Origin: Phoronis australis
Taxonomy: Eukaryota; Animalia; Phoronida
Direction: 5' to 3'
Assembly: GCA_002633005.1 (NCBI GenBank)
Contig: NMRA01000008.1
Location: 1,399,745-1,463,744, forward strand
Length of the DNA: 64,000 nucleotides
Part shown: positions 53,392 through 64,000 of the stretch, piece after piece
Position numbering within the stretch: position 1 is the stretch's first letter
Layout: every line of letters starts with the position of its first letter
The notes under the pieces: generated by a model
What the model was told of the DNA's origin: nothing
The model's input: only the letters and a program-made list of their open reading frames with translations
Databases searched by the model: none
Program-made: the position numbers and the translations under genes

Positions 53392-54606
53392 CACAGTTGG
53401 GGCCCTCATAAATATAGTTCTTCATTTACAAACACGGTTCACGACCCGATAAACTCAGTTCACCGACTCACGCCTGCGGCTCACCGACCGTCAGACACGG
53501 TACCGAACTCTCGAAACATGGCTACATAGTTAGTGAGCCCTGAGCTGTAGGAGCTTTAAAAAGGGTTTCGTGAGTACTTTCACACGACAGTTTTGTTTTG
53601 ACGTTTCCCATTTAATTCATATATGTATTTTTCAATTGTAAAAAGCGCGTTTAAAGTTGCACATTTTCTTAAACCTTAGATATTGTTTATAATAACTCAA
53701 ACCATGTAATTTCGGTCACACTGCTTGCAGACAAGTTAAAGATAATCTTTGGACTTCATTTTCGTTAAAAACCAGTACAAAATACAAAATGAGTTTTAAC
53801 GTAAACCAACTTTATTAAAGCTCTTTCAACATGACATTATTTTTTTCAAAATAAATAGAATGTAATAAACACGTTTTCGTAATTCTAAGCTACAAAAACT
53901 GTTAAAATCTTAAGCAATTTGATTATTTTTTCCACGCCCCTGGAACTTCGAAAAATACTCTGACGCATGTCTGCCTTTTCATGATCGAATTTAATATAAA
54001 AAAACTTTGAATTTTGGGCTAAACCGTTTTATCTGTACATTTCGCATCTATCTGCCAAGGATTTCTTACTTTGATGCCCCTTGTAGATTGCTGCATCTAC
54101 CGCGGGTATCTCAGTTTGTGATTGGCTAATGCTGTTGTTTACAGCGTCCTCTACTGCTCAACAGGTGTGAGAGTTTAATCCATATAAACTTCGCTTTTAA
54201 CAGAAAATATGCAACTTAAAACGTGGAAACTTTTTAAATAATGAATCAAAATTACTTTATTTAGTCATACGCAAATAAAGTAAATTGCCAGCTGAAAGTA
54301 CTCAGGAAATATTCTAGTACAGCTCACGTCCCAATGACTATAGACACACCTAACACACGTGCTCGGACTCACAGACGATGCACGGACTCAATGTCCATAT
54401 TCCCTGATGAGCGGTCAGTGATCCGTGTTTGTGAATAGGGAACTGTGTTCGTGATTCGTAAGCTGAGTGTGTTTTTTGTTCCGGCGGTCGGTGAGTCATG
54501 TTCGGCGATATGTGAGCCGTGTTTGTAAGTCGATCAACTGATCTTATTGGGCCCGTGAGCCGTGTTTTTAAGTGAGAAACTATGTTTTATGAGTGCGGTT
54601 GCAGTG
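53392..54606. mobile_element. ~1.2-kb non-autonomous DNA transposon with ~90-100-bp degenerate TIRs
   Basis: ctcataaatatagttcttcatttacaaacacggttcacg...ctcaccgaccg (53405-53490) is the approximate reverse complement of 54485-54593. Possible CAC...GTG termini. No ORF and no clear TSD. Confidence 0.65.
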
Positions 54607-57255
54607 TAATTCGGGTAGCCTGGTTACGCAATGCAAACAATGGGCCTTCTGGGTGTTGGCGAACCGTTTACTCCCACAATCCAACATTGCGGCTTTCCGG
54701 TAGCCGTCCAATAAGAAGACACTGAATAGTTCTCACTTGGTTTTGCTTTGCTGTGCACGCATCACTGGACTTGTCGCCTTTCTTCCACTCTGTCGAAAAC
54801 TCTATGAACAAAATGAAAGTTGCGTGTATGTGTCATGTCACCGCAAAAGTTGTACACATGACCACAGAAACTTCATTCTGTCTCATATATTTTGCCCGAA
54901 AAAAAACAAAAGGTGGCAAAAATTGACGCATTTCAGTAGCCCAAACAACCATTTACCTGCCAATGCCCGACAAAAGCCAACTCCTTGGCCCGTGACGACA
55001 AAAGTTTACGCCAACTTTTACTCAGTGGAATGATAATACTCGAGAAATGGCGACAACCCAACTTTACTCAACACCCTTCAAGACATACACAGACTTAAGA
55101 AACATTCTCTAATTGTATGGAAGATGCTCACCTCCATAACGTTTTAAAAGTATCTTTCTTAATTTTTTACATAGCATCGAATAGTGTGGGAATTGGAAAA
55201 TGGTTATAGAATCAAGACTCGATTCTAAAATGTTTTTTGACTGATATTGTCACTGAGAATTTGCAAGACTGTTCGCTATGGTACATGTAGAAATTGAGAC
55301 TGAGTCAAAACACGGAGTCAGTTCTTTTCCTCAAGCGAACACCAGATGAGGTTGCCCTTTCCTATCAGACGAAGATTTGCGTGCGGCCGTTTGAGGTGAT
55401 TTGGATTGTTTATGTCTCTTTATTTTTTTAGCAATACTAGCCGAAGATTTGTGTGTGGCTGGGGAAGCATCGTCTCGTTTACGTAAATTTTCAAAAAATT
55501 AGTGAGATCGCCGAATCGAGTTTACTATCTCGGGATAGATTTCGAGTGTTTTTGTTTAGAGATTATGTCGGCGACAGGTTGTCGAATCGTCACAACACTG
55601 GTACCTAATATGAAGTAACAATTTACGTGTGAAATATGTGTGGGTTCCAGCACATGTGTCTTAAGGACAATCCAAATACTTTCTTAGTATTACAAGAACT
55701 AGACGACCAGTTGACACTAAAACGTATTCAAATGCTGTAGGTATTTTTCTCACCATCATTTGTGCTACGGTGCAGCTTATCAAGTCTTGTCACCGACTAT
55801 ACAAGACTGCAATGCACAATAAATGCTGGTACCCACGGTACTTGCTTCAATCGTTCAGGCATCTGTGAATGAAGCTTGACGTGTTGCGGCGTAGTATGTG
55901 AATTAGCTCAAAAGCTTGGCATCGTGAATATACAGCTACGTGCACGTTTGTTTGTTTCTCCATGATCCATTTTAATAATGCACACCTGTGTGGTAACAGA
56001 TTTAGTGAAATAAGATAAAAATACATCGTAGAGAACCTTTCTCTGTTGTAGTACGTTTGTGCTTGTGGGAGCTTCGCAGCAGTAACTATGGGCGTGGCCT
56101 GACGGCGCTTGTCGGACCTACCTTTAGATCAAAAAAGCCTAGTCGGTCTTAGTCTGTATATTTGACAATCGAGTCGGAGGTGCAATATACTTTGTTGTTC
56201 ATCTTTTCAAAAAATCCACCTTAGAAAAACAAAAGTGATGAGGGATATTTTTACTCAACTCTGTCCACTTGCGAGTGGGTGGGGGAGTCTGCCGCCGGCA
56301 GTCGACACCTCCAAGGAAGAGTTGACTTACAGCGCACATGATCCTTAGCTACGCAACACTTCATTTGAACGATGACTCAACTACTTAACTGTCACCATAG
56401 ACTATAGTACATGGTCCGCCAACTCCGTATATTTTGAATGGACGAAATCTGGGATCTTACGCATAAGCCGTGACGTCACGATTCACTAGCGACAGGTGGC
56501 AGACATAGCACGTTTTACTTCCGGTAAAAACGCCGTCTGCTAATCATGGTCTGCTGTTGTGTGGTCGGGTAGCATTTCCAAAAGTACTCACCTAGAGTTC
56601 TACTATTGGAAGACTTTGAACAGCGTTTCAATGCCGAAATTATCTTTTTTTGTTGTACTGGACAGTAAAATAGATGCAAGAATTTCCCGTCACAATACAC
56701 TAACTGGGAGCTCAGTTTGCTATGTCGCCTCCCTCTAAACGGTTTAGAGGGAGGCGGCTCCTCTAGGATATTTCTGTTGTCTGCAATGTATGCTATCACG
56801 AGGCACGTTCGGGAGCTACGTGCGCTTGCAAGCCGTCACGTGCTGCGACCAAGGCACCCCTATACAGTTCGACTCAAGTGCTTTGAATACTAAAACTGCT
56901 ACTTTCAATGATTTGTCAACGTTGCGTTTATGAGGCTGTCTCAGATATGCTTGTTAGTACGCATTATCCGTGTTTGTATTTGTTGCAGATTATCATTTGG
57001 AGTGCTCTGAATTTGGTGCGAAAAATACAATCATCCAGTTTAAGTTGAATCTTGAAATTTGTTTTCATTCACCATATTTCTCTTCCACATTGTTTTTTAG
57101 CCCCGATTTCGTAAACGGAAGCACGGTCGCCTCTCAAAGTTTCTCAGTTACTGGGTCACAGCGTTGCTCTCTGACATCGCCATGCATGGAAAAATAGGTC
57201 ATTCGCACAGTTTCACTGAACGCGCCATGCCTATCTGAACTTCTGATCGGGCTTA

Positions 57256-57384
57256 CATGGGCGGCGCAGCCATGAAAAAAGTGGGGGCTAAAGCCCCCTC
57301 AGCCCCCTGTGATGCACCGCCTATAGACCACGTGCGGCGTTGCACTGAAAAAAGTGGGGGGCTGTAGCCTCCCCAGCCCCCATG
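57256..57384 (+). mobile_element. MITE family B dimer, 5-bp TSD (GCTTA), second unit shortened
   Basis: Same CCGCCTATAGACCA junction as the 47693 copy. gctta at 57251-57255 and 57385-57389. Confidence 0.82.
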
Positions 57385-59870
57385 GCTTAACTAGTCGATT
57401 CTTAAAATTGCGACGAAAGACGGGTTCTTTCTGTAAACAGATTGCAAGGACGCAACATGAGTCTTTTCCAACAACTTGAGTGACTACAGAAGCCACTTGC
57501 AGGATATGACATTTCACCAGGTCAGGCGCAACAGCAAGCGCGTTTTAAAATTAATTTGTTTCCTCATTTGAACTGAAAAGCAAACACGCAGTGAAGACAC
57601 ATTTGCGTACCTTAGGGGTCCGTCTGGCGGCACCGTGACGGAGCTGCTGCTTTGACTGGCGGAGTGTGACAAAAATGCCACTAGCAAGTAGTAAACGTCA
57701 CGACAAATATTGCGGCATTTTGCGCCGCCATAATGGCGATAACATTTTGACGGTGCTTTACCATTTAAGTGTAATCTCTGTGGACTTTTCGAGCTCTGTC
57801 CAGTGAAACTTTACATGTTATTATGCATTGCCAGATAAATCGTGGCGTTTCCATGCTAGGTGCCTTTTAGCAACTTTAAAAAATAACACATCTACGCTGA
57901 AATTGATTCGGGCAGGCGCTTTTTCATTTTTTGTTTTAGTCAGTAAGAGCAAGTCTCAAAATGAGTCGGCTGCAGACTTGCCTAATACTTGCCTTATCTG
58001 GCGTGTTTCACATGGTTTATAAGACACTTCGTTGGCTACACATACTCTATTTGACATGCATCTGTGACGACGATGCATACTCACCAATGCATAACCAACA
58101 GATGTCGCAATAAAGCAGAGCACCGTCGTTGAGTGAAAGGTGACAGGCATATTTTTAACTGATGACGGAAAAGACTGACGAGCATTTTCGGAACTGGGAG
58201 TGCTTTCCCGTCCTTGCTATAATTGAGATAAGGGACTACTGTGGCATCTTTTAATTTAAATAGTATATGTGTTATTAACTTAGAAGCCTCAAAATGAGAG
58301 ATAGACGAACGCCCAACGGAAGGGAACGTCCTTGTACGAAAAGGATTGTCCTTCCCTCACCGGTTTTGTTTCTGTGCTTATTCACATATTGAATACAACA
58401 TCATGCTCTAAAAACAAACTCATCAATCGATTTTCAAGTTAAGAGATATCCGTAATCCTGTGTTTAGCCGATCGGGAATTTCCTCATGTAGGTTATTTTT
58501 AGTCGAATTAAGCCAGTGTCATAAGTGCCGATTATACTGAGAACCTAATTAGGCTTTAAGATGTCACCTTGTCGTGTAAATTAAGGTTGCATATCGCCCG
58601 GTTTAGCAGGCTATAAAAGAAAATCGCATTTAGCCTTTTAATTCTCATAAAATCGGTCTCACGATGGTCCTGACCGTGGTTTGATTCTATTAAAATCGGT
58701 TCCACCGTTGCCCTGGTTTGGTTCTACTTCCCTTACCAACAAAAACGTAGAAACCAAAAGCTATTAAAGAAAAAAGCTTTTGAGATTTACTGTCGATGGC
58801 CAACCCTGAAAGTCAAATTCGAAAATTACGCATGTTCGTACGCATTGCCTGTGAGTCGGTAGCGGTAAGGAACAATATGAGACCGGTTTTCTGAGAATAA
58901 TGGCCTAATTCGATTTTCGTTTTTTGGCAGCTGAACAGTGTGAAATTTTTGTAATTTACTGAAATTTTTGATTATGCTCCTATGTCTAGCGCACCACTCC
59001 GGGCGCGAACCACATATACGCAAAATCAGGCACATGCGCACCCACAAAATATTTTTAATCAGAAATATTGGGACAAGATGTGTGGTTTTATTTTGGTTGA
59101 TTTGCATTTGAACTGAATAATTTGATTTTCATAACTAATTTCCGTGTACAAGCCTATTTTAAGCAATATGTGAAACGTGTTAACCGACCCGGCTTAAAAG
59201 CTCGTTTCCGGTTTTGGATTCTGAGACGGAAGATTTGTGAACAAATTTACGTCATCAGTGTCAGACAATAATCAGTTAAATAGTTAAGAAACTAATCAAT
59301 GGCGCATTCTTACCTCAGCTTACGATCGACACTTCATTCATAAATTTGTTCTGATCTAGTAAGTTGATTGAGGCAGTGTAATTGACAATGAAATCGGGTT
59401 ATTAACGTTCGGAAAGCGACTTCATTTTCTCTGAAAAAAGTATAAATAAGGCTTACAAAGGGCTTACATGCTTGTCTGGAGAGAACGTATAAATAACAAA
59501 GCTCCTTTAAATTCTATTAAATACGGTTGTTTGCCCAATTTTGCCGAACTATTAATTGAGCAATAAGTACGAGAGGAAGAGAGAAACGTCTTTCGTTTTT
59601 CAAATCATATTAATGAACAGAATTGCGTGACCAGCAAAGGGACAGGTTGCCAACAGCTGACCACTGAAACAGTAAAAAGAGTTATTTAACAATAACAATT
59701 ATAGATTACGTTATAAAACAATGCAACACCGTACAATTCAGCGCCATATATAATGCATCTGTGTAAGGTTTTACACAATAAAAAGCAGCTTTCTGAGTGG
59801 GCCTTTACATGGAACAGTTCCAAACAGGGAATCTTAACCATATATAACTTATCTTCTGTCTATTTGTAGA

Positions 59871-60014
59871 CTTTGTTTACAATTTAATGTTGTTTTTCTT
59901 TCACTTTGTCAACATTAAGCTTCTTTTTACTTGATAATTTGTCTTTGTTTACAATCTAATGTTGTTTTTCTTTCACTTTGTCAACATTAAGCTTCTTTTC
60001 ACTTGACAATTTGT
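59871..60014 (+). repeat. 72-bp tandem duplication (2 near-identical copies)
   Basis: ctttgtttacaat[t/c]taatgttgtttttctttcactttgtcaacattaagcttctttt[t/c]acttga[t/c]aatttgt at 59871 and 59943. Confidence 0.9.
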
Positions 60015-60350
60015 AATAAAACATCTGAACACTGGGCGCTTATTTTGATTACAGTAGGTAGAGAATTAGACGCCAAATTAGGGGTGTTGCATGAAGAGAT
60101 CACTATTTATTTTCAATAATATTAAGAATTCAATGCACAGTTTACTTTCGATATGTGTCAAAGCTAAATTGACTTATGAATGAAGATAAAATAGCAAAAG
60201 AACGGACAACCAGTGTTAGCTCAAATCCACAAATGCGCTGAAAATTTTGATAACATAGTCAAGTTCTTGTCTGGGATTATTTTATGTAACCGGCTTTCTG
60301 AAATAGCGCGGTTAAAACTCCGTGTTGAAGAAGCTAGACAGCTAACCACG

Positions 60351-60411
60351 GCTCGCTGGTTCCCTGCGTGTCCGCTAGGTGGTAGTTCGGACACGCAGGG
60401 AACCAGTGAGC
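60351..60411. mobile_element. 61-bp hairpin element (24-bp arms, 13-nt loop) with 8-bp TSD TAACCACG
   Basis: GCTCGCTGGTTCCCTGCGTGTCCG / CGGACACGCAGGGAACCAGTGAGC (23/24 paired). taaccacg at 60343-60350 and 60412-60419. Confidence 0.78.
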
Positions 60412-60439
60412 TAACCACGATAACTCGCTGAGATCACTC

Positions 60440-61090
60440 ATAACATTTTGAATCATTGCAGTATCTAATACACAGTCTTTTAAAAAGTTGGAAAAACATG
60501 TACGCTGTTGGTATCGATTTTTGCAAATTGTATTTCTTGGAAGAATAGTTGTTAATCAAACGGCGCATTTTAAAAGGTTTTAGGTTTTGACAATTTTTCC
60601 TAATGCAGATGAGTATTCTAAGACTGGTCGTCGTTGATCGTATTCTCCAAGAAATTCTCTTTGAGATTTATTTGGTGGAAATGAATAAATTGTTGTCATA
60701 GAGTTCCATTGGTTCTGTTGGAGCAAAAATGAGAACCATTCTCAAAGTTTTAAATTCGCACAATTACTAAATGTCCATAAAGTTATGCCTAATTTTCGTA
60801 CTACAAGTGCATCGCATGTCATACTAATGTGGGCGTAGGAAAATCGTCTTTCAAAAGGAAAAGGGCGCCTATATTTTTACCAGTTTTGTTAAACATTTCC
60901 TGAACATGCTTGTTCCAGGAAAGATGACTGTCTACAAAAATAACCAAAAATTTAAAGTTAATTACTCTTTTGGTAGTTTCGCTGTTAATAATTCTGATAG
61001 AGATATCTGCATCGCCAATTTTATTCTGAAGAAACCAAAATTGCATAAACAGTATTTTGTTTGTGTTGTGTGATAGTTTATTAGTACTAA
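60440..61090 (-). mobile_element. Decayed non-LTR retrotransposon (CR1/L2-like LINE), RT C-terminal/thumb region
   Basis: ORF 60819..61187 contains NKLS.N..K...M.F...IN.E...RV..FKFL.IFVDSHLSWNKHV....K..K.IG.L..L. Downstream, an RPVLEYSS motif lies near 60605-60630, interrupted by stops. Boundaries approximate. Confidence 0.8.
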
Positions 61091-63780
61091 TCAATCTCGA
61101 TAACAAAACTAATACCGGTAATAGACATAAAATGAAAAAGTCGACAGTTATTCTAACTTTGTGTTCTCTTGGGATTTCTAATGACAACAGATTATTACAA
61201 GAGTAATTGATGTTAGAGCTTAAAAATATAAGACGTGTATATCTTTTTACAGGTGAATACTTTTTGTTTCTTTTTCTGTGAATCTAATCGTTTGTGACAA
61301 AGGACAATTTTTCTTGCTACTTTAAGTTTCAAGTGTATTTGCATAAAGTAGACTTTTTAAAATGAAATTGGAAGTGCGCTGAATCAAAATGATACGCTAT
61401 TAGGGGGAAGGCAGTCTCCGATAGAGACAAGTACTCTGCTGATCGGAGACGACGTGGAGGGGTTACACCTGGTGGGCGTTTCGTGACTTACGCTACGTGG
61501 GTATTCGAGTGTTTAGTGATGGCTGACGTACTAGGCTTACCTGCCATTAATATGACGCGATTTGGACTCACGAATGTAAATAGAAATTTAAAACCACATT
61601 TTCAAACATTTTGCAGGTCTTGTATTTTTCTGATTCAGGTAATCACGGGTGGTATTTAGCCTTTGAAATTTTATAGAAACTTAGTAAGCGTTTGAATTAA
61701 TCGGTGCACTAATTGTATGCTCCTGCGGATTTGAGAAAGATTACTATTGATCAAGTCCGCGGCTAGATAAAAAATTTCGAAGTGCTTAACAATTTTCAGC
61801 CCTACGTAAATCTGACCAAATTATTATTTTTGTTTTAAGTTTTGGTACTTAAATTTTATTTGACGTCAAAACGACGCCATACTAAACAAGCGAATAAAAC
61901 TGAATGGGCAGAGATCGTGTGGAATGTCTTCAAAATATGGCGGATACTGAAGTGAATCAGTGCGGTGTGACGATATTTGTAACGTATTATAAACGCGACT
62001 TCCGTCACAAAAATCAACTTTTGATTTAGACTACTTAGCGTTATGAAATTGGTCTCAAGCTGTTTTTTAGTCAACATAGGTGTGATGACTAGACTTTGAT
62101 AGAATGTTTATTGTTTGACGACTAGGCTCAAAATATGTTACGGTGTCACGACGTGTCCATTTATTCGCCGAGCAAGGTCTCGAACAGAAACGTACTGTCA
62201 GTTCTTAGCAAGATAAAACACCTCTTATCTCAGTTAAGAACAATTTGAGTTCAGTTTCAAGAAGTCTTGATAAAAAATTATGTGTCTCCGACTGAACGTG
62301 GATTTAATGCTCTTGGTAATAAGCCATCGCGTTCAGTCAAAAACCGTCTTTTTGTTAAGCCACTTGCTGTTATATAATCAGTCTGATCTTGTTCCTTACA
62401 ATTTAGAAATGATCTCCAAGTTTGAGAAGAACTAAAGGGTCGTTATTTTGCTTCAGACGTAGACCCATTCAGTTGCTTGTCATTGCGGGTTAGTTCCTGT
62501 CGCCTGTCAGGGGAATTCCAAACAATTTATGTAACCAACCTCCATTCAAACGAAGGACGAGAACGATGTGACGTAGTTTTGAAAAACAAGTAACGCTTCA
62601 GCATAAAACTGATGTTTTTAACACCAGAATGTAGTTTATAACTACTTTAAGGGATTTTGAACAATCTGAGAACATAATTTGCTGATTCGGAAGGCCAAAG
62701 TTATTGGAAGTGTATGAGAAAGAAGTGCGCCAGGAAATTCAAGATGACTTCACGCCATCGCTTAAGTAAGTCAGCGAAATCAACTCTTGGCAGCGATTGG
62801 TTGTAGATGTTGACTTCGCTCAAAAGGGAGCAGCACCAGTGCCAACGCAATGCAACAGACTGGTATCTTCACTAGTGACGAAGACCGGACTGAGTTATGG
62901 AATGGAAGGAGGCAAATTACCTCCGATTCTAATGTGTTTCAAAAGGTGGCGTCCTTGTACCGATGACAGGAGGAAACCAAGAATGTCTTTCAAGGGGACC
63001 GTTCACTGACGTACATGCCTGGCTGGTGTAGAATACCGGTACGTGTCCTCCCATGAGGTAAAACGGTTCTATGTATTTCAGCTGTGCCGGTTGGTGAAAA
63101 CCACACTTCAAAGTAGAAGTAAAATTTTGTTTTCTTAGAATTATAGTTATACCTACTAGAATACCCTTATTGTCTTATCTCTTCATGGCGTTGTGATGTT
63201 AAGCAGCCCATTGCGAATTCCATAATGCGTAATTCAAATAAATGTTCTGAATGATTAAGTATCGTACTCATTGTACTGCTCTATAAACGGAAGAGATTTG
63301 GGTCACGTTCTGCAACATTTTTTCTCTTGCAGCTTTGACGGTCACTATATTGTGGGCATCACATTTATTGTGACGTTGAGCAACGAATATCAGATATCGT
63401 ATGGCATAACCGATTGCCACGTGGGACGTCTAGTCTATTTTACTCTATATTCGATTTCGGACCATTGAAAGTGATTTGAAAGCGAAAACCATCATCAATT
63501 GCATCACACATATCAGTGGGTGCGTTTAGTTTACTATCTCCTCCCCAGGTGACGCCAGTTACAAGACTACGAAAAATACCACAATGCATGGATAGGGTAG
63601 CCAGACATCCTTCACGAGCCGCACAGGTAGTTTCACTGGTTATAAACAGATATTTTTACTCGTTGCAGTTCTTTCCCAGGTTCTATATTATAGTTCTAAC
63701 GAACACATTTTGTTCTTTACGATCTCCAGTTCCTTTCTTGTTATTCATGAACAGCTTCCAGTGAGAAAATTGTGGTTGAC

Positions 63781-63952
63781 ATGATGATGATCGCGATGAC
63801 GACGACGACGAAGAAGAAGAGAAAAGAAGATGGTGGTGGTTGTAATGATGACGATGATAATGATGGTGGTCATGATGATGATGGTGGTGGTGGTGGTGGT
63901 GATGATGATGGTGATGATGATGATGATGGTAATGGTGATGATGGTGATGATG

Positions 63953-63984
<32 letters not shown>

Positions 63985-64000
63985 GATGATGATGATGATG
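63781..64000 (+). repeat. (GAT/GGT)n trinucleotide low-complexity tract running off the window end
   Basis: Directly visible. Confidence 0.95.

Noticed and set aside
56077-56360. Possible old CAGTGGCGTAGCTA-type MITE
   Set aside because: Ends are too decayed and no TSD is discernible.
62694-62990. Plus-strand exon-like stretch (KLLEVYEKEVRQEIQDDFTPSL|gtaagt)
   Set aside because: Weak acceptor, both nearby downstream acceptors lead to immediate stops, and no family is recognisable.

Overview
Eukaryotic genomic DNA, about 38% GC by eye, most consistent with an invertebrate bilaterian. It contains one 390-N assembly gap and several microsatellites. Almost all ORFs in the supplied track are spurious. 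The one gene I can support is a spliced FGF8/17/18-subfamily gene on the minus strand. Four coding exons (17458-17500, 14063-14303, 5457-5560, 727-1050) join in frame through canonical GT-AG sites and show the intron phases of vertebrate FGF8, including the 104-nt middle exon typical of FGF genes. The first coding exon is unresolved, with candidates at 18959-18972 and 28087-28140. The roughly 45 kb upstream has no recognisable intact gene. It carries many short non-autonomous DNA transposons (MITEs): a group with CA...TG ends and 5-bp target-site duplications, one family of which occurs as both monomer and fixed dimer, and a 61-bp hairpin element with an 8-bp TSD and a CTCF-like motif in its loop. 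It also carries a decayed CR1/L2-like LINE, several CTCF-like motifs and some degenerate hammerhead-like cores. I found no CRISPR array, rRNA, tRNA or prokaryotic system. All analysis was by eye, so homology statements come from recalled family features and not from database searches.
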